A stretch of DNA of 64,000 nt from Cyanobacteriota bacterium (GTDB taxonomy: Bacteria; Cyanobacteriota; Cyanobacteriia; Thermostichales; Thermostichaceae), in the NCBI GenBank assembly GCA_033764955.1, contig JANRIL010000022.1, positions 1-64,000 of the forward strand. The letters are read 5' to 3'. Positions 60,095 through 64,000 of this stretch are shown in pieces (within the stretch, counting starts at the first letter, position 1; the number at the start of each line of letters is the position of its first letter). The position numbers and the translations under genes are program-made. The notes under the pieces are model-generated. The model ran no database searches. It saw only the letters and a program-made list of their open reading frames with translations, and had not been told where the DNA came from.

Positions 60095-60844
60095 CTAGGA
60101 AGAAGGAGCCGCTTCCGTGCGGGGAGCTTTCCGCTGCCACTGGCTGAGCAGAGAGTTCCACCCCAGCCGCATCATCGAGATGAGCCAGTTCCCTTCGAGT
60201 TCTTTGAACATCATCATATTCAGTTCAAAGGCATAGTTAGCTTCTGCCACAATCCGCTCAACCGTGGCTGGATCCACAGGTAGGGTATCGAGAGCCGCAC
60301 GATACTGTTTCTTAAAAAGTCCTTCGTGCTTGATCAACTCGAAGTCATAAAAAGCCATGCCCACCCCGTCCGGTAAACCCATAGCTCGCTTAGCTATTTT
60401 TTTGAGGATTTGTCCTCCCGATAGATCGCCGATGTAACGGGTATAGGCATGAGCCACCAGCAGCACCGGATCCTGTTGGGCAATTTCTTGGATGCGCTTG
60501 ACATAGAGTTGGCAGGCGGGCGAAGGGTGGACGGTAGCCGCCCAGTTGCTTCCACAAAAATAGGTGAGATCCTCTTCTAGGCTGGGTTTGCGCCACAACT
60601 CAGGGTAATAGAGCTTGCCCACAACCGGGTGATCCTGAAGCTGTGTAAAAGCTTCTTCTAAAGCGGAGTAGACAAAGTAAAAGTTACCCACATATCGGCT
60701 GTAGGATTTTTTCCCCACTACCCCTTTCAAAAAGCACTTGATGAAACCGACATTTTCGGCCATCGTGTGGGATTTTTGCGTCCCCAGCTTGAGTTGCAGG
60801 GCTAGCCCTTGATGGGCGGTTTGGGTTTCGGTGTCCTTGCTCAT
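60095..60844 (-). CDS. ho1: Heme oxygenase (Ho1 type)
   Basis: SHTMAENVGFIKCFLKG, HAYTRYIGDLSGGQ. Confidence 0.92.
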   Translation of the reverse strand: MSKDTETQTAHQGLALQLKLGTQKSHTMAENVGFIKCFLKGVVGKKSYSRYVGNFYFVYSALEEAFTQLQDHPVVGKLYYPELWRKPSLEEDLTYFCGSNWAATVHPSPACQLYVKRIQEIAQQDPVLLVAHAYTRYIGDLSGGQILKKIAKRAMGLPDGVGMAFYDFELIKHEGLFKKQYRAALDTLPVDPATVERIVAEANYAFELNMMMFKELEGNWLISMMRLGWNSLLSQWQRKAPRTEAAPSS

Positions 60845-61147
60845 GGTAAAAATGCTCGTTAGTAATGCAAAAACAGGATTGTTAAAGGCGGGTGCATTCT
60901 GCCCAGAGGGGAACTCAACCCTGTCTCAGGATGAGCAGGGATCCCTCTCATGCTTGCTAACTCCAATCCTTAGAGTAATCTCCTCCTGTTGTGAATGGAT
61001 GTTAACAATCGTGAACTGCCTGCGGGCATCTTTTGGTTCGAGGTCTTTAGGGGAGGCAAGCCGGATCCAGTTCAGCCCAGGGATTCTGTGGGTTGACTCC
61101 AGCGGCTGTGCATCGGAGCGCAGATGAGAAAACCAGGCAGAAACGAT

Positions 61148-62623
61148 CTATTTGTGACGAATCAACTCATAGATCTCTAAGTAATCTTTGCCCGGATGAT
61201 TCCAGGAGTAGTCGTATTGCATACCCTGCCCAACCAGTTGGACAAACTCCGTCGGATAGTCTTTCCACAATCCGATGGCTCGATCCAAAGCGGATTCAAT
61301 GGCATAAAAATCACTCTGGTAAAAGACATAGCCATTGCGTTGTTCGGGAGGATAATTTTGGTCATAGTCTCGATCAAAAACGGTGTTGACTAACCCCCCC
61401 ACACCCCGCACGATCGGCACCGTACCATAGCGCAATCCAATCATCTGGGTTAGCCCACAGGGTTCATAGTTGCTGGGAACAATAATCATATCAGCCCCCG
61501 CATAAATAAGATGGGAAAGCTCCTCATTAAAGCCCAATTCCAGATGGCAGTCAGGGTGATTGTTCAAGTGGCGTTTTTCATGCCAAAAATGAGCATTAAT
61601 TCCCGGTTCAGTGGCGGATCCCAACAATACAAATTGACATCCCTTATCCAGTGCGTAGTAAATGGCATGATGCACTAAATGCACACCCTTCTGGTCATCC
61701 AATCGACCGATATAAGCAATAATTGGCTTGTCAACATCTTGCAGGAGGAGATGATCGCGCAAGGCTTTTTTGTTCTTAGTTTTGCCACTGAGATCGTCAT
61801 GGTTGAAATGATAGGGAATATAGCGATCACTCTCTGGATTCCAGATATCGTAGTCAATCCCATTGAGGATGCCTGCAAATTTGTGCTGATAGAGATAGAG
61901 AGTATGTCCTAAACCACACCCAATGTTAGTGTAGCGGGCTTCTTCGGCGTGATGAGGAGAAACCGTCGTGACGTAGTTGGAAAAGACAATTCCTCCCTTC
62001 ATGAAGTTTAAGGCAAAAGGGTTAAAGTTATCTCGCATTTGGGAATATCCAAAATAGTAAGACTCACGGTTTAATCCGGTAGCCCATAAAATTTGGGATC
62101 CCCCCATACCCTGGTGCTTAAAGTTATGGATGGTATAGCAAACCCGCTGGTTACCCATGCCATGATATTTATAAATTTCAAACAGCATGACGGGCACCAA
62201 CCCAGTTTGCCAATCGTGGCAGTGCAAAATATCGGGGCGTTTGTTGCTAACCAACAGAAACTCTAAAGCCGCCTTGCTAAAAAAGGCAAAGCGCATGTTG
62301 TCATCGTGGCAACCGTAATAACACCCTCGATTAAAAAAGTTATCCGCTGAATGGGGTTCGATGAAAAAGCACAGCCGCCCATGCACCCAGCCACAATAGA
62401 CCGAGCAGTGAATCGCGCCTCCATACCAGGGAACCCACAAATCACGGTAGGCATCGTGTAACCCCCAGATGTGGTCGTAGCGCATACAGTCGTATTTGGG
62501 GAGGATTAACTCCACCGTGTGACCGCGAGTTTCCAGTTCCCGACTTAACCCATAGACTACATCTCCCAGTCCACCCGCTTTGATGACTGGGGCACATTCA
62601 GAGGCTATCTGGACAATATACAT
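61148..62623 (-). CDS. glgA: Glycogen synthase
   Basis: KAGGLGDV, HCHDWQ, QKG, EPCGLTQ. Confidence 0.96.
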   Translation of the reverse strand: MYIVQIASECAPVIKAGGLGDVVYGLSRELETRGHTVELILPKYDCMRYDHIWGLHDAYRDLWVPWYGGAIHCSVYCGWVHGRLCFFIEPHSADNFFNRGCYYGCHDDNMRFAFFSKAALEFLLVSNKRPDILHCHDWQTGLVPVMLFEIYKYHGMGNQRVCYTIHNFKHQGMGGSQILWATGLNRESYYFGYSQMRDNFNPFALNFMKGGIVFSNYVTTVSPHHAEEARYTNIGCGLGHTLYLYQHKFAGILNGIDYDIWNPESDRYIPYHFNHDDLSGKTKNKKALRDHLLLQDVDKPIIAYIGRLDDQKGVHLVHHAIYYALDKGCQFVLLGSATEPGINAHFWHEKRHLNNHPDCHLELGFNEELSHLIYAGADMIIVPSNYEPCGLTQMIGLRYGTVPIVRGVGGLVNTVFDRDYDQNYPPEQRNGYVFYQSDFYAIESALDRAIGLWKDYPTEFVQLVGQGMQYDYSWNHPGKDYLEIYELIRHK

Positions 62624-62771
62624 GCTGGCTCCTCGCCAAACTCCACTCTGGCGATACAAATCTTTAACAAAAGTATAAATCTTTTGCTCCAGTCATCCTA
62701 CTTACCGGGATCCCATGATGGAGATCCTCCCGCCAGCAGAGGATCGATCCCCTTGCCCGACATCTCCAACC

Positions 62772-64000
62772 TTAGCTGAGGCAGGCCATTCCCCGCTCAT
62801 AGATACGCCGCGCATAGTCCGTCCAGACCCCCTGCCCCCAATAGCGAAAACAACTGGTTTGCAGCAGCAGATTGGTGAGAAGGGCGGTTTGATAGACAGG
62901 CTGACGGGTAATGGTGGGATCCTCCGCCACCTGAGCGTCAAAGCGTTCGTGAAAGGCCGCACTCAGATGTTGCATAGGCTGCAAAACATTTTCATACCCC
63001 TTCACCCAACTCAGGTGGTTTGTCCAGGAGGCTCCCTCCATGTGAAAGTGGGGATCGGTTTCTTGAAGATGGCGGATGGCGGCTTCTACCTGCTCAGGGG
63101 AAGTGGAATGGGGATCCACCTGCTGCCAGATCAGGTGCTGATTAATGGCTTGACAAGGGGGATAGTCATGGGAATGGATCCCTTCTGCCTCCAGTAATTC
63201 CAGGTATTCTGTCCCGTTTATACCCACCACCGAAGGATGGACTTGATCCCGCAGTTCGTACCACACTCGCGGAAAGTCACGGGGAAACTCATTCATCATT
63301 ACGCCACCGTTTTCGCCATCGGCAATTTGCGTGACCAAGCTGGGGATCGAGTGGGATCCCAGCGGTTGCCGTCCCCGACTTTTGGCTTCGTAATAGGGCT
63401 GCATCTGAGCCACCAGCTTGGTGTCGGATCCCTGGGTTTTGATCAGGGCGGTGATGCTGAGGGTTTGTCCCTGCGAGTTGCGGGCGATCAAGCGATTGGG
63501 AACATATTTTTGCGCCTGGGTTAGGCCAGAGCCGTCCAGATTCTCAACGGTATGTTCCTGCACCATCAGCCAGCGATACCCACACTCCAGCAAGGCTTTT
63601 ACATACTCATAAAGAGTATCGGGATGATTGGGGAGGTGCATTTCGGGAGGAGAGAATCCTTTGACGCGGCGCAGTGCTGCCTCTCCAAAGATGGCAGCAA
63701 ATTGGTGTTGCCATGCCTGCATGTGCAGTTTCAAATCGGGAATTGGGGTTGAGGGAACCACCGCATGACTCCAAAGGGTACCCAACCATTCCACATGGGG
63801 CTGATAGGTGGCTTCGCAGGCAAGGGGAATCAGGGCATCCAAGATATCTTGCCGACCCATTTGTTGCAAGCCCCACAACAAATTCCCGGAATAATCCAAC
63901 ATGATGCGGGGGTTGCATCCCTCCGCCCGTAGTTGGGGGATAATCTGTCCCATCCGCCCATAACACCAGGCAAAGGCGGCAGCATTGTGATTGTCCCCTT
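62772..64000 (-). CDS. Glycoside hydrolase family 57 protein (5' end outside the window)
   Basis: DYSGNLL, GFSPPE, DGENGG, TSCFRYWG; frame stays open to the window edge (GDNHNAAAFAWCYGRMG). Confidence 0.85.
   Translation of the reverse strand, partial: GDNHNAAAFAWCYGRMGQIIPQLRAEGCNPRIMLDYSGNLLWGLQQMGRQDILDALIPLACEATYQPHVEWLGTLWSHAVVPSTPIPDLKLHMQAWQHQFAAIFGEAALRRVKGFSPPEMHLPNHPDTLYEYVKALLECGYRWLMVQEHTVENLDGSGLTQAQKYVPNRLIARNSQGQTLSITALIKTQGSDTKLVAQMQPYYEAKSRGRQPLGSHSIPSLVTQIADGENGGVMMNEFPRDFPRVWYELRDQVHPSVVGINGTEYLELLEAEGIHSHDYPPCQAINQHLIWQQVDPHSTSPEQVEAAIRHLQETDPHFHMEGASWTNHLSWVKGYENVLQPMQHLSAAFHERFDAQVAEDPTITRQPVYQTALLTNLLLQTSCFRYWGQGVWTDYARRIYERGMACLS

Noticed and set aside
1..64000. CRISPR arrays, tRNA, rRNA, intact transposases, prophage genes
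   Set aside because: None recognised by eye. Covariance-model searches were not run, so small ncRNAs could have been missed.

Overview
This is a cyanobacterial chromosome segment. The split rpoB-rpoC1-rpoC2, cpc, psbV/psbV2 and chlI genes establish the phylum. The octamer GGGATCCC is pervasive and canonical HIP1 is rare, which points to the Thermostichus (Synechococcus OS-A/OS-B') lineage or a relative (inference). Most genes are housekeeping: ileS, gltX, fmt, rpoBC1C2, plsX-fabH-fabD, ho1, glgA, GH57, an M16 peptidase pair and a PGM/PMM. Two regions stand out. (1) A divergent phycocyanin operon (cpcT <- -> cpcB-cpcA-cpcC-cpcE, with no adjacent cpcD/cpcF). Its beta subunit has Pro at the normally methylated Asn72 plus PEC-like loop residues. 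Its alpha subunit has a shortened loop carrying an extra Cys73. (2) A Pap/slr0144-0152-like cluster: ferredoxin, two V4R proteins, two phycobiliprotein-fold proteins and a Ser/Thr kinase. It is flanked by a divergent stand-alone phycobilisome-linker gene and an FHA-domain PBP1A, which suggests a bilin/redox phosphosignalling module possibly linked to cell-wall synthesis. Smaller observations: two small ORFs missing from the ORF track, an anti-SD pairing in the rbp leader, an open +1 frame joining gltX to ileS across a C11 run, a (GGCG)8 tract, two MITE-like elements, a PIN pseudogene and a toxin-antitoxin pair. No rRNA, tRNA or CRISPR array was recognised. All family calls come from motif recognition by eye, not from database searches.
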